DNA of 64,000 bases from a virus: the IMG/VR virus record IMGVR_UViG_3300020048_000058. One strand, written 5' to 3'. Below, piece after piece: positions 45,202 to 54,038 of the stretch. The notes beneath the pieces were generated by a model, which was given only the letters and a program-made list of their open reading frames with translations, made no database searches and was not told where the DNA came from. Each line of letters opens with the position of its first letter. Within the stretch, counting starts at the first letter, position 1. The translations under genes were made by a program, and so were the position numbers.

Positions 45202-46041
45202 ATGCCAACGACAACTGATTATGTTAGTTCGGTTTCGTTACTGCCAACAGTGGAATTTTTGGAGTTGGTAGCTAAGAAGCAATGGGACTCAACCGTTGGT
45301 TATGGCTTAGGAATATCAACAATTGTCCCGATGTTTCACTCCACAACTAACTCAGAATGGCTATGCCTTAATTCTGAATCCGAGTTTTTGGAATCTCCAA
45401 AGGGAACTATATCAATCAAGAATCCTTTTGCCTATACCCGACCGGAATCGTCGCCCGTTTACGTTGGCTATAACGATATTTCAATCCCATCTACTAAGGC
45501 AAATAAAGCCAAATCACTCTATTTGTTCAGGATAGATGAAGATGGGATAAACGAAGTTATTATGGTTTCTAATTATGACAAGAAACCTGATAATGTTACC
45601 ACCGCACCGCCATTGGATTGCTTCTCTAGGGAGTGTCTGACGTGGTTTAGTAGCGATGTTGATTGGTTTACGGGGTTTGGGGTTTCTTCTCAGTCTCTGG
45701 CTTCGTTTGTTGTTGATGACAATGGGATTATATTAACTAAGTCTAGCGACCTTCTGTCTGGACTTATAACCAAATCCGTTACAACGGTTGATTATACCAA
45801 TATTCAAGTCATTGGTACTATTTCAACCCTAACCCCTTGGGTGTCTTTACAGTTATCAACAGGGGTTCAGTTTATGGGGGGTGATGATAAAGCCAATATT
45901 CTATTCTTGTACTCAGTAGACAAGGATAATGATTCATTGGTGGCTTTTGCTTATGGCTATACTGCACCCATATCCACAATTAGTTATGATACAATGGTAA
46001 CAGATATTTCGTTTAATTCAGAAGATATAATCATTATTTAA
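45202..46041 (+). CDS. hypothetical (probable structural) protein
   Basis: GAGGGAGAA precedes the ATG at 45202. The next gene begins 1 nt after its stop. Confidence 0.55.
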   Translation: MPTTTDYVSSVSLLPTVEFLELVAKKQWDSTVGYGLGISTIVPMFHSTTNSEWLCLNSESEFLESPKGTISIKNPFAYTRPESSPVYVGYNDISIPSTKANKAKSLYLFRIDEDGINEVIMVSNYDKKPDNVTTAPPLDCFSRECLTWFSSDVDWFTGFGVSSQSLASFVVDDNGIILTKSSDLLSGLITKSVTTVDYTNIQVIGTISTLTPWVSLQLSTGVQFMGGDDKANILFLYSVDKDNDSLVAFAYGYTAPISTISYDTMVTDISFNSEDIIII

Positions 46042-46042
46042 T

Positions 46043-48427
46043 ATGCCAAATATATCAGGAAAGTATAATTTTAAGACAAGAGTTGGCAATACACCTGAAT
46101 GTGTTTTTTTATATAAAAAACTTCAGGATACGACAAGGGCTTTCAACTACCAAACCGATATTAAGACCTATCAACTATCTCATATTGTGGGGGGAGTCAA
46201 TGACGGTAGACCCCATTATGCTGTTGTTGAACTACCCGACAATACAGGGGATTATGACTCAGTTTCAGACGCAAAGAACCGAAAAAGAACGGCGAAAAAA
46301 AAGGATGCGCCATGTGTCGCCCCAGACGCAGGAGATGACGGTTCGAGTGCCGAAGATAGAAGGGTTGTTACAGTATTGTGGACTATTCGACACAGAGATT
46401 ATATTCCCCCAACTGGGTTAATAGGAAAACTGGCGGGTTGGTGTGGTGCAACATCTGGACACCCTTATTACACAGAAGCAGAGTTAATGGCTTTAAATCC
46501 GACCCCACTGACTAAAGCTACTTATGCTTTTTTTAATAAATATTTCTCAGCGGCTCAAGTAGCTTTTGAGGGATATAAACCCTATCTTCCTGTTGATAAA
46601 GCAGTATTTTGTCATGATATACCCGCAAATGTAGGTGGGCAAGTTTCTTATATGTTAGATGTTCAATGGAATAAGCTAGGATTTAAACCAGAAAGAATCT
46701 CTGCATCCGATGGCTTGTTTTATGGGGAGGGACTTAATATGAATACTGACCTTCCATCCCCTTATGAAAATTGGGCAGACTTCTTTGAAGGATACGACGC
46801 AACTCCCGTGACTGCCCGGCTAACAGCAATTCATCAACCTGTATCTGGAAACGAATTGTTTGCTACAAATGACTGTGGCAGTGATTCTCTTGACGGTTGG
46901 TGGCTTTATGATTATTCATCAGGCGATAAGCAGACTGTTCAGATTAGAGGCATAAATGCTATCAATGAATATGACGCTGATAGGGAGTTTATTTGTTGGC
47001 GTGGCAGGATTGCCGACTACGGGGCTTGGGTTGCCTATATGAACACCATGCTAGAGTTTTGGGGCGTGCTAGATAACGACAGGGCTGAGTTAAAGCTCGT
47101 TGTATCTATGGCTGACAACGCTGTGGGTGGTAGTTGTGTTATTGGTGGTGCTGGAGGTGGTGCTGGTTACGCACCCGACCCCACACCTCCAATAACTCCA
47201 TTAATAGGATCAGCAACATTTCACGGGCGCTATTGTGATATTTTTGTTAACTATCAAAAGAACGGAATAGTTAAAGAATTAAAATTACCAATAGATTTTC
47301 CAACTCGTGTAACCCATGTTAGTTACAGTGAGAACAAATTTTATGACACAAGTTATCCCAGAGAATCACCAGGTCAAAGAATTGAAAAACCTTATTTTGC
47401 GGAGTGGTTTTCAGGTCGAGTAAATATTGATAAAAACAATATTTATGTTGATATTATTTATGAGATTTATCGAGAATATGAAGACGGGAAAAAGATATTT
47501 CCTAATGGCCCCTCATCGGGATTATCGTCGAATTCTCATAATACTTGGCCAGAACGACCGGGAATAATAAGTCGATGGAATGAAATAAATAGAAACAGTC
47601 AAGGGTCTCTAACTGGTATTGATAGTTCAACGGGGAGCGATGAAGATTATCTAGCCTGTCTTCTTGAACAAAACACTGAACAAGTTTTCGCGCGACCAAC
47701 TAGAGATAAGTTCAACAAAACAGTTCGCTATACTATAGACAAAAATAGTTTTTCAATCATTAACACCCAAACATTTACAGGAAATCACCAAGAAACCGAC
47801 AACTTATTTACAGATAATTTCTTAAAGAAAAATACAATATTAGATATTTCTGGTTTAGCAGGATATAAAAAATATAATTCCACTGGGAGCTATACAAGCA
47901 ATGAAGATCCTACTCCTATTATTTTAAACACATCAGCAAATCATCAAGGGTTTGTTGGATTGCCTAAACCTTATTTTCAGGTTAGCTGTAATCCAGTTAA
48001 TTTTTCAGTAACAAACCAATGGATTGAGTCACCTTTTAAGTTTAATCCCTTACGGGACTATTCTTGCCTTGTTGCCAATGACTTTCTAACGTTGAAATCT
48101 AACTGGGACGATATCTGTTGGTTGTTTTATTTGATGATGGAACAGCCTTATATAGACAGGACTAAACCAACAACTCCGATTCAGTTCAATCAAAGATGTC
48201 AATTAAAAGGTGCAGGATACAAAGCAAACACAAATAAATATTATCTTTCTTATAATGAAACAAACGAGGGTTTAGCTAAAGGTTTAGGGGTTGCCCCTGG
48301 TTTCTTTGACCTCTATATTGAACATGAGAGAATGCGGGGTTATCCGGTTGTAAAGGATGGTAAAATTACTAGATGGTTAAGAATTAGTCCCGATTCTTTT
48401 CCACTATTTGAGCCGGGTGGTATTTAA
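46043..48427 (+). CDS. large hypothetical (probable structural) protein, 794 aa
   Basis: Uninterrupted 2.4-kb ORF. Confidence 0.65.
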   Translation: MPNISGKYNFKTRVGNTPECVFLYKKLQDTTRAFNYQTDIKTYQLSHIVGGVNDGRPHYAVVELPDNTGDYDSVSDAKNRKRTAKKKDAPCVAPDAGDDGSSAEDRRVVTVLWTIRHRDYIPPTGLIGKLAGWCGATSGHPYYTEAELMALNPTPLTKATYAFFNKYFSAAQVAFEGYKPYLPVDKAVFCHDIPANVGGQVSYMLDVQWNKLGFKPERISASDGLFYGEGLNMNTDLPSPYENWADFFEGYDATPVTARLTAIHQPVSGNELFATNDCGSDSLDGWWLYDYSSGDKQTVQIRGINAINEYDADREFICWRGRIADYGAWVAYMNTMLEFWGVLDNDRAELKLVVSMADNAVGGSCVIGGAGGGAGYAPDPTPPITPLIGSATFHGRYCDIFVNYQKNGIVKELKLPIDFPTRVTHVSYSENKFYDTSYPRESPGQRIEKPYFAEWFSGRVNIDKNNIYVDIIYEIYREYEDGKKIFPNGPSSGLSSNSHNTWPERPGIISRWNEINRNSQGSLTGIDSSTGSDEDYLACLLEQNTEQVFARPTRDKFNKTVRYTIDKNSFSIINTQTFTGNHQETDNLFTDNFLKKNTILDISGLAGYKKYNSTGSYTSNEDPTPIILNTSANHQGFVGLPKPYFQVSCNPVNFSVTNQWIESPFKFNPLRDYSCLVANDFLTLKSNWDDICWLFYLMMEQPYIDRTKPTTPIQFNQRCQLKGAGYKANTNKYYLSYNETNEGLAKGLGVAPGFFDLYIEHERMRGYPVVKDGKITRWLRISPDSFPLFEPGGI

Positions 48428-48441
48428 TTATAGGAGTTAAA

Positions 48442-49020
48442 ATGACTGGTATTAATCGCTCAATGTTTGAAGATGAGAAGTATTTTGGGAAGTCATTGTT
48501 TAGGAGTTTCACCTATCTTGGTATAACCCCTGATAATACCACAATTCCCGAAGACGTTAATGGTGATTTATTTGATTGTTACTATGCCAGCAATACACTT
48601 TACTTTTTAAACAGTAAAGAAAAAATAAATATGGGGATTGAGATATTTGACTTTACAAGGACTGATGATGTAGAGAATAAACTAGCTATCAACAGCAAGA
48701 AAACAATCAATGTAGTGATAGAGGGTTTGGGGATTCCTGCTAATTTCACTAAAGAAATAAAATTAGACCCAACAATTCATCCATTTAGAAAAATGTTCAC
48801 GGGGGGTAATTATGGGGCTAGATATGGGGAAAATCCGGTTAACACAATCCCATCTTCTAGTTATCAGGTAGAGAGGGTTAATCTGGGGATATCAGAGTGG
48901 GATGATGGCGGTAATAGCTTTGATCGAAGCTATGCTAATGCTAATTACAGAGAATCATGGCTTAACCGACTACACGGGGACATTATTGATATGGCTTTCT
49001 TTATCGAGACTAACGAATAA
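48442..49020 (+). CDS. hypothetical protein
   Basis: AGGAG lies 8 nt upstream of the ATG. 192 aa. Confidence 0.55.
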   Translation: MTGINRSMFEDEKYFGKSLFRSFTYLGITPDNTTIPEDVNGDLFDCYYASNTLYFLNSKEKINMGIEIFDFTRTDDVENKLAINSKKTINVVIEGLGIPANFTKEIKLDPTIHPFRKMFTGGNYGARYGENPVNTIPSSSYQVERVNLGISEWDDGGNSFDRSYANANYRESWLNRLHGDIIDMAFFIETNE

Positions 49021-49749
49021 ATTTAACTTTTCAAAAGTAGGCATCCGTCGCCCAACTTCTATATCCTCAACCCGTAGCCACCAATTACAAAACGATTGGA
49101 CTTGATGCTGTTCGGCTATTGATATCAACTCCGACCATAGCCCATTACAAATCGCTTTATCGGCAACGGATTTATACCAAAGACTCGCCTCAATAAAATG
49201 CACGGGAACATCAAACGTCTCAATAATTTTAGGCAATCTGGTTAGGATCACCGGAGCATTATAGGTTTTCAAATGAGTTTGAATCCCTACCTCTACCGGA
49301 AAATCCTTAGCTAATTCGTGGCAGATGTTGGCGATCGCATCCCATTTATTGAATAGGTGGGGTTTGAAATCTCCCAAAATTAATCGAGCTTTGGGATTGG
49401 CAATATGCGCGGCTTCACAATACCGCTTTAAGTTATCAAGTTTATAACCAGGATAGCCGACACCTAGATCGTCGGTAAATTCATTTGTTAATACCCATTC
49501 ATTAATCTTAGGGAATTTTGCAACCCGTTTTTTAATCCATTGTTCTATCGTTTCACAACCGGAAAATGGACAGGGCTTTTGATGTTTATGCCCATAAAGG
49601 AATTGCGCTCGGATAATTTTATCTGGGAAGTCCAGAGGGTTTTTAGTGCCATTTTTATCGGTGAACAACTGCCAATGGTAGCCAATCACTACGCCGCCAA
49701 ACGGTGACAAATCCAAAACCTTTGAACTTCCACAGGTAAATTGAATCAT
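48970..49749 (-). CDS. TIM-barrel glycoside-hydrolase-like protein (GH10-like motifs)
   Basis: LTNEFTDD, VGIQTHL and HFIEASLW resemble the (W)xxxNE / GxQxH / xxTExD pattern. The assignment is tentative. Confidence 0.45.
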   Translation of the reverse strand: MIQFTCGSSKVLDLSPFGGVVIGYHWQLFTDKNGTKNPLDFPDKIIRAQFLYGHKHQKPCPFSGCETIEQWIKKRVAKFPKINEWVLTNEFTDDLGVGYPGYKLDNLKRYCEAAHIANPKARLILGDFKPHLFNKWDAIANICHELAKDFPVEVGIQTHLKTYNAPVILTRLPKIIETFDVPVHFIEASLWYKSVADKAICNGLWSELISIAEQHQVQSFCNWWLRVEDIEVGRRMPTFEKLNLFVSLDKESHINNVPV

Positions 49750-50231
49750 TAACTAGATCCCTCTCCTGCTACCCACCCCCCGTTAAAGGCCCGATATAAA
49801 ATCCCTGTCGAGGTATCTCGCCACGTCTCTCTCGCACTATTTGGAGTCTTAGAAACACTTGCAGGGGTGTCAGTGTGTACGCGCATTCTGGCATCTGTCT
49901 CTACCCATGCCGTGCCGTTGTAGATGTATGAGATGACTGAATCATAGTTATTGACCGCCCCATTCTCTTGATATATCCAACGGGTTCCAATCGCAGCCGC
50001 CCCCGTTGGCGTGGTAGTGGCGACAACCGTAGAATCCCTGGATATAAACCATCTACCCCCGCCCGTTGCCGTGAAGCAACTTTTACTATTTGCTGTTGAA
50101 GTCGTGTCGGTTTTAGCTAATGCTAACCAAACTTTTTCAGCAGAGGCATAGAAGACAATTCCATCCTCTAAATCAGTAACACTTAAAGCCGTGATTGTGG
50201 CTATATTCGCCTTTGAACCCATCCAAACCAT
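49749..50231 (-). CDS. hypothetical protein
   Basis: 160-aa ORF coupled to neighbours on the minus strand. Confidence 0.5.
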   Translation of the reverse strand: MVWMGSKANIATITALSVTDLEDGIVFYASAEKVWLALAKTDTTSTANSKSCFTATGGGRWFISRDSTVVATTTPTGAAAIGTRWIYQENGAVNNYDSVISYIYNGTAWVETDARMRVHTDTPASVSKTPNSARETWRDTSTGILYRAFNGGWVAGEGSS

Positions 50232-50235
50232 TATC

Positions 50236-50598
50236 TTAAATCTCCGCTACGGTTAAATCTAAAAACACCGATACATCCCCAATACTCGCACTATTCCAAT
50301 CATTTATTAATCCAGAGTTCCAATTATCAATTCCATGCAAATCCCAAACTAAATTAACAGGGGTGTCACTCGCCCAAATTTGGAGAGCTTGACCCGTAGT
50401 TAGCAAGATTTTAGTCTGCAACTGGAATGGAAAACCCTGGTCAATTTTGGCGTTAACCAGGAAGGGTTTTACTGTGAGGTAGGCATCTACTGATGTCAGG
50501 TTAGATGCTATTCCACCGATAACCATTGTGTCCTGAGTTGGGGTGAACAGTGTTGTCGGCTGGTTTATTCGTTGCCTAATTGATTGTGCGATCGCCAT
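50236..50598 (-). CDS. hypothetical protein
   Basis: 120-aa ORF, first of a three-gene minus-strand operon. Confidence 0.5.
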   Translation of the reverse strand: MAIAQSIRQRINQPTTLFTPTQDTMVIGGIASNLTSVDAYLTVKPFLVNAKIDQGFPFQLQTKILLTTGQALQIWASDTPVNLVWDLHGIDNWNSGLINDWNSASIGDVSVFLDLTVAEI

Positions 50599-50663
50599 AT
50601 TTTGTTAGCACTTAGAACTGTTTATATTATATAATAAAACAATAGTTTTGTGCTGATTAAATT

Positions 50664-50897
50664 ATGATTAATACTCAAGAACTAGAGAGTGCGATCACCA
50701 TTGTGGAAAAATGGTTAATCCCTCAATTCCTAGGAAAGAGGGCAGTATTTATCTATCCCTCTAAAGCTCAGAAGGATTTGGGATTGAGTGAAAAAGTATT
50801 CTGGTTTGCAATTTTTACTTTAGTTGAGCAGCAGAAAATCAGCTTAGGTGAAAACGATTATATGGCAATTTATCCGGCTGCAATTGTATTGACCTAG
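50664..50897 (+). CDS. hypothetical protein
   Basis: 77-aa ORF. Confidence 0.45.
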   Translation: MINTQELESAITIVEKWLIPQFLGKRAVFIYPSKAQKDLGLSEKVFWFAIFTLVEQQKISLGENDYMAIYPAAIVLT

Positions 50898-50905
50898 AAA
50901 AATTA

Positions 50906-50934
50906 TCCCCACGATGTTTTACCACATCTGGGGA
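50906..50934 (+). promoter_or_regulatory. leader stem-loop TCCCCA-c-GATGT...ACATC-TGGGGA followed by the conserved C-TGAGT--ACCTA
   Basis: Homologous to 51415..51441. Confidence 0.45.
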
Positions 50935-50963
50935 CTTGAGTAAACCTATATAACAGGCTACTG

Positions 50964-51395
50964 ATGGACAAAGATAACACGGAAAAATATAATCCGCGCT
51001 GCTTAACTTGCGGTGGGAAGATGTGGAAGTCTGGGATAACGCCAACCGGAAAACAAAAGTATTTCTGCAATCCCTGTTGGTTACGGAATCGAAAATCCAA
51101 TGAAGCCAAGAAAAACCCGCCATGTCCAAAGTGCGGACACAAGATGAAAAAAAACGGGGTTCATTCGGACGGTAGACAAAAGTGGCGCTGTACACCCTGC
51201 GGAGCGTCCCAAATTTCAGATCCCAAACCAGAGGGGCGACCGAGAATCCATGAGAAAATCACAACCTCAGACCCCAAGCCCGTAGGGAGGCCGAGAATCT
51301 ATCCAGGTCGGAATCTGACCGATGCCGAATCATATCTCAGACATAAGAAGAAAAAAGCTATGTTGGCACTCAAGGAAAAGTTTGGGACTGATTAA
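50964..51395 (+). CDS. double Zn-ribbon DNA-binding protein with two GRP (AT-hook-like) repeats
   Basis: CLTCGG...FCNPC and CPKCGH...RCTPC ribbons. SDPKPEGRPRIHE and SDPKPVGRPRIYP repeats. Confidence 0.55.
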   Translation: MDKDNTEKYNPRCLTCGGKMWKSGITPTGKQKYFCNPCWLRNRKSNEAKKNPPCPKCGHKMKKNGVHSDGRQKWRCTPCGASQISDPKPEGRPRIHEKITTSDPKPVGRPRIYPGRNLTDAESYLRHKKKKAMLALKEKFGTD

Positions 51396-51414
51396 ATTGT
51401 TATAATAATAAATG

Positions 51415-51441
51415 TCCCCGCAATGTTTCCGCATTCGGGGA
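51415..51441 (+). promoter_or_regulatory. leader stem-loop TCCCCG-c-AATG...CATT-CGGGGA, 8 nt downstream of a TATAAT box (51401..51406)
   Basis: Read directly. It is paralogous to 50906..50934. Confidence 0.45.
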
Positions 51442-51471
51442 CGTGAGTTCACCTAGTACCGAGGTTCACTA

Positions 51472-51948
51472 ATGAACAATATTATCGCATCGAGCTACAA
51501 TAATTTCGCTATCTCCAAAAGAGAATCTGATGGTTGGGTTAACCTGACTCAGATGTGTAAAGCCAACGGAGTCAAGTTTAACGATTTCTTACGCCTCAAA
51601 TCGACAAAAGCCTACATCTCAAGCATGGCAGCCGATACGGGGAAACCCGCTTCGGGAATTATCGAGGTTAAGAAGGGGGGAGATCCTAAATTACAGGGTA
51701 GTTGGGGAGATCCTGAAATCGCTATTTTGTTGGCTCAGTGGATCAGTCCTGAGTTTCATCGGTGGTGTAATGCCCATATCTTTGTTTTGATGTCAGACGG
51801 CAAAACTTCCCTAGACATTGACCCGTTTGAAAGAATGCAGGAAATTTTTGCAGACCTCAGACTTGACCTAGATGATTCAAACTCGATTGATGACCGCTTC
51901 TACGATATCGAGGCTTATTCTAGCTGGTCTATTGAGTCAGGGAATTAA
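51472..51948 (+). CDS. KilA-N domain DNA-binding protein
   Basis: DGWVNLTQMCKANGVKFNDFLRLKSTKAYI and GSWGDPEIAILLAQWISPEF are typical of KilA-N. Confidence 0.65.
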   Translation: MNNIIASSYNNFAISKRESDGWVNLTQMCKANGVKFNDFLRLKSTKAYISSMAADTGKPASGIIEVKKGGDPKLQGSWGDPEIAILLAQWISPEFHRWCNAHIFVLMSDGKTSLDIDPFERMQEIFADLRLDLDDSNSIDDRFYDIEAYSSWSIESGN

Positions 51949-52109
51949 GCGATCGCCACATAACAACCAAAAGGCACGGAGTCAAAACCCGTGTTTTTTG
52001 GTGTCTAATCCAGTCCTAAAAAGAATTTTAGGTTACCTATTGACAAACCTAAAACGTTGATGTTATAACTAGATCAAGGTAAAAACACAACGCACAGAGG
52101 AAAAACGGT

Positions 52110-52280
52110 ATGTCAGTTGATGGATTAAACGCAGGACAGGTCAATAAATTTGTAGCTTGTTTCGAGCTACAAAACCTAAGACTAGAAGACGGCTACTGGG
52201 TTGCGAACGACGGCGAATACCTTTACACCATTACAGCCGAAAAATACTGGGCAGCACTAAATGAAGGGGATCTGAGTTAG
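52110..52280 (+). CDS. small hypothetical protein (56 aa, not in the ORF track)
   Basis: GAGGAAAAACGGT precedes the ATG. A 10-bp stem-loop (52291..52318) follows. Confidence 0.35.
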   Translation: MSVDGLNAGQVNKFVACFELQNLRLEDGYWVANDGEYLYTITAEKYWAALNEGDLS

Positions 52281-52350
52281 CAATCAATAACAGCCCGTGC
52301 AACTTGTAGCACGGGCTGGCAACCATTAAACAACAACACAGGAACACGAC

Positions 52351-52668
52351 ATGAACGAACTAACACTAGAAGACTTGGTATCTGAAACCGATGATTTTGA
52401 ACCCGAAGCTATTGAACTGGTATTAAATCGCGTTGATGAATATGATGTTTTGGGTTTTGGTATTAACTGTGTTGACTGGGAAGTTATAGGTACTGGCAAC
52501 AGCAAACAGGTCGGAGTTTTATTTGACATGAAAAACGACCGATATGGCTACTACACCGATAATGGTCAAACCGTCCTGATTAAGCTAGATAAAACCTATA
52601 ACTCTTTATCCGATTGGGGTAACTGTTGGGATGATTGCCCTGAAGTGTTGCAGTCAACAGATGAGTAA
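52351..52668 (+). CDS. hypothetical acidic protein
   Basis: 105-aa ORF. Confidence 0.5.
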   Translation: MNELTLEDLVSETDDFEPEAIELVLNRVDEYDVLGFGINCVDWEVIGTGNSKQVGVLFDMKNDRYGYYTDNGQTVLIKLDKTYNSLSDWGNCWDDCPEVLQSTDE

Positions 52669-52855
52669 ATACATCGGGCGGGGTGGCTCTTACCCCAATG
52701 GTGGCAGAAAGCTACAGGGTGACTCTAAAAGGGTGACAGTTAGTATCTGTATAGAATCTGACCTACTAACTAAACTCGATACCCTGGTAGCTCAGGGAAT
52801 GGAGAGTAGGAGCGATATTGTTAATCGACTGCTACGGGAAATCAAAACACACTAA
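52661..52855 (+). CDS. ribbon-helix-helix (CopG-like) regulator
   Basis: KRVTVSICIESDLLTKLDTLVAQGMESRSDIVNRLLREI fits the RHH pattern. ATG 52661 overlaps the upstream stop. Confidence 0.55.
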   Translation: MSKYIGRGGSYPNGGRKLQGDSKRVTVSICIESDLLTKLDTLVAQGMESRSDIVNRLLREIKTH

Positions 52856-52875
52856 CAACTTTAAGGATTAAAAAC

Positions 52876-53085
52876 ATGACCACTAAAACTGTATACGAGA
52901 CTGTTAATTATTCAGTAAGTCGCTCCAATAGTTTAGAGCCTGATTTAAAACATCGTTTTATTATTTATGACAAACAAGCTAAAGCCCTAGTAGCTAATCG
53001 TGACATGAATAATAAATGGTTGAGCGTTTACAAAGGTCTTGAGCAAGATGCTATAGCAAAAGTCAATGAATTAGAAAACAAATAA
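52876..53085 (+). CDS. hypothetical protein
   Basis: 69-aa ORF. Confidence 0.45.
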   Translation: MTTKTVYETVNYSVSRSNSLEPDLKHRFIIYDKQAKALVANRDMNNKWLSVYKGLEQDAIAKVNELENK

Positions 53086-53115
53086 ACAGCGATCGCACTC
53101 CCAATAATACAAAAA

Positions 53116-53143
53116 AGCCTAGGATTCAACCCCTAGGCTTTTT
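53116..53143. terminator. bidirectional terminator: AAAAA-AGCCTAGG-N8-CCTAGGCT-TTTT
   Basis: Lies between convergent genes 52876..53085 (+) and 53160..53993 (-). Confidence 0.7.
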
Positions 53144-53159
53144 GCTATTTCACCCTACC

Positions 53160-53993
53160 CTACACCGCCAAAACATCTACAACAGATTCAAACCATTGCA
53201 AGTGTTGACGGGTTGCGTCCTTAATCCCCTTCTGTGCGGCGAGTAACAGTTTGGAGAACTCAGAACCTTTTGGAGTTGGCAACCAAGCCGGATCTTTCCC
53301 GTGAGGGTTTGGGGTTTGCAATCCATTCTCAGCTAATAGTTTATTAACTCGTTGTGCCGAGTGTTTAACACCAGTGCGCTGTTCTAAAATTAATCCGAGT
53401 TCCGTGGGCGTGAGAAGTTTTCCCTCAACTTCGACTGTTAGATGTTTTTTAGCTTCTTCCATCGCAGGAGCCAACGCCGGATAAGTTTTAGCGATATTGT
53501 TGGCAATAATCCCTGAGACAAGTGTTGGGTCAACATTGGTAGGTCGGAAGACTGCCATAATCGCATCACTAATCAACTGAGGTGAGGGTTTATCCAACAG
53601 GTTCATCCCACCAGTGGACTTAGAATATTTTAATTCCTTTTCGCACCGGAGGAAATATTGTCGAGTTGTCTTCCCTTGTTCCGTTCCCGCCATCATCCCC
53701 AACGCTTTGAAACAATCAACAGTTAAGAAGATTGACTCAGTACGAGAAGCGGTCAAACCGTTACTGTGAGCGACACTCATCCACTTGGATAAGTAGTCTT
53801 CACCTTCCTCAAAGTTGCGAGTTAGCTTCTTTTTGGCAGATTGCTTACTAGAATATCCTAACCATTGCCAAGCGTCTTCAAAATCAACGGGGTATTCTTT
53901 ACCGGAACCGAGTAAACTTAAAGCTAGTTCTTTGCTAAAATCAATCATTGTGATCCTGTTAGTTAGGTTTACAGCCCTTGGGTGTTGATGCAC
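53160..53993 (-). CDS. phage antirepressor-like (AntA/KilAC-type) protein
   Basis: DFEDAWQWLGYS and LTVDCFKALGMMAGTEQGKTTRQYFLRCEKEL are typical of antirepressor N-terminal domains. Confidence 0.55.
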   Translation of the reverse strand: MHQHPRAVNLTNRITMIDFSKELALSLLGSGKEYPVDFEDAWQWLGYSSKQSAKKKLTRNFEEGEDYLSKWMSVAHSNGLTASRTESIFLTVDCFKALGMMAGTEQGKTTRQYFLRCEKELKYSKSTGGMNLLDKPSPQLISDAIMAVFRPTNVDPTLVSGIIANNIAKTYPALAPAMEEAKKHLTVEVEGKLLTPTELGLILEQRTGVKHSAQRVNKLLAENGLQTPNPHGKDPAWLPTPKGSEFSKLLLAAQKGIKDATRQHLQWFESVVDVLAV

Positions 53994-54038
53994 CGCGAAG
54001 GGCGTTTACTATTAATATTATATCACAATTAATATTAA

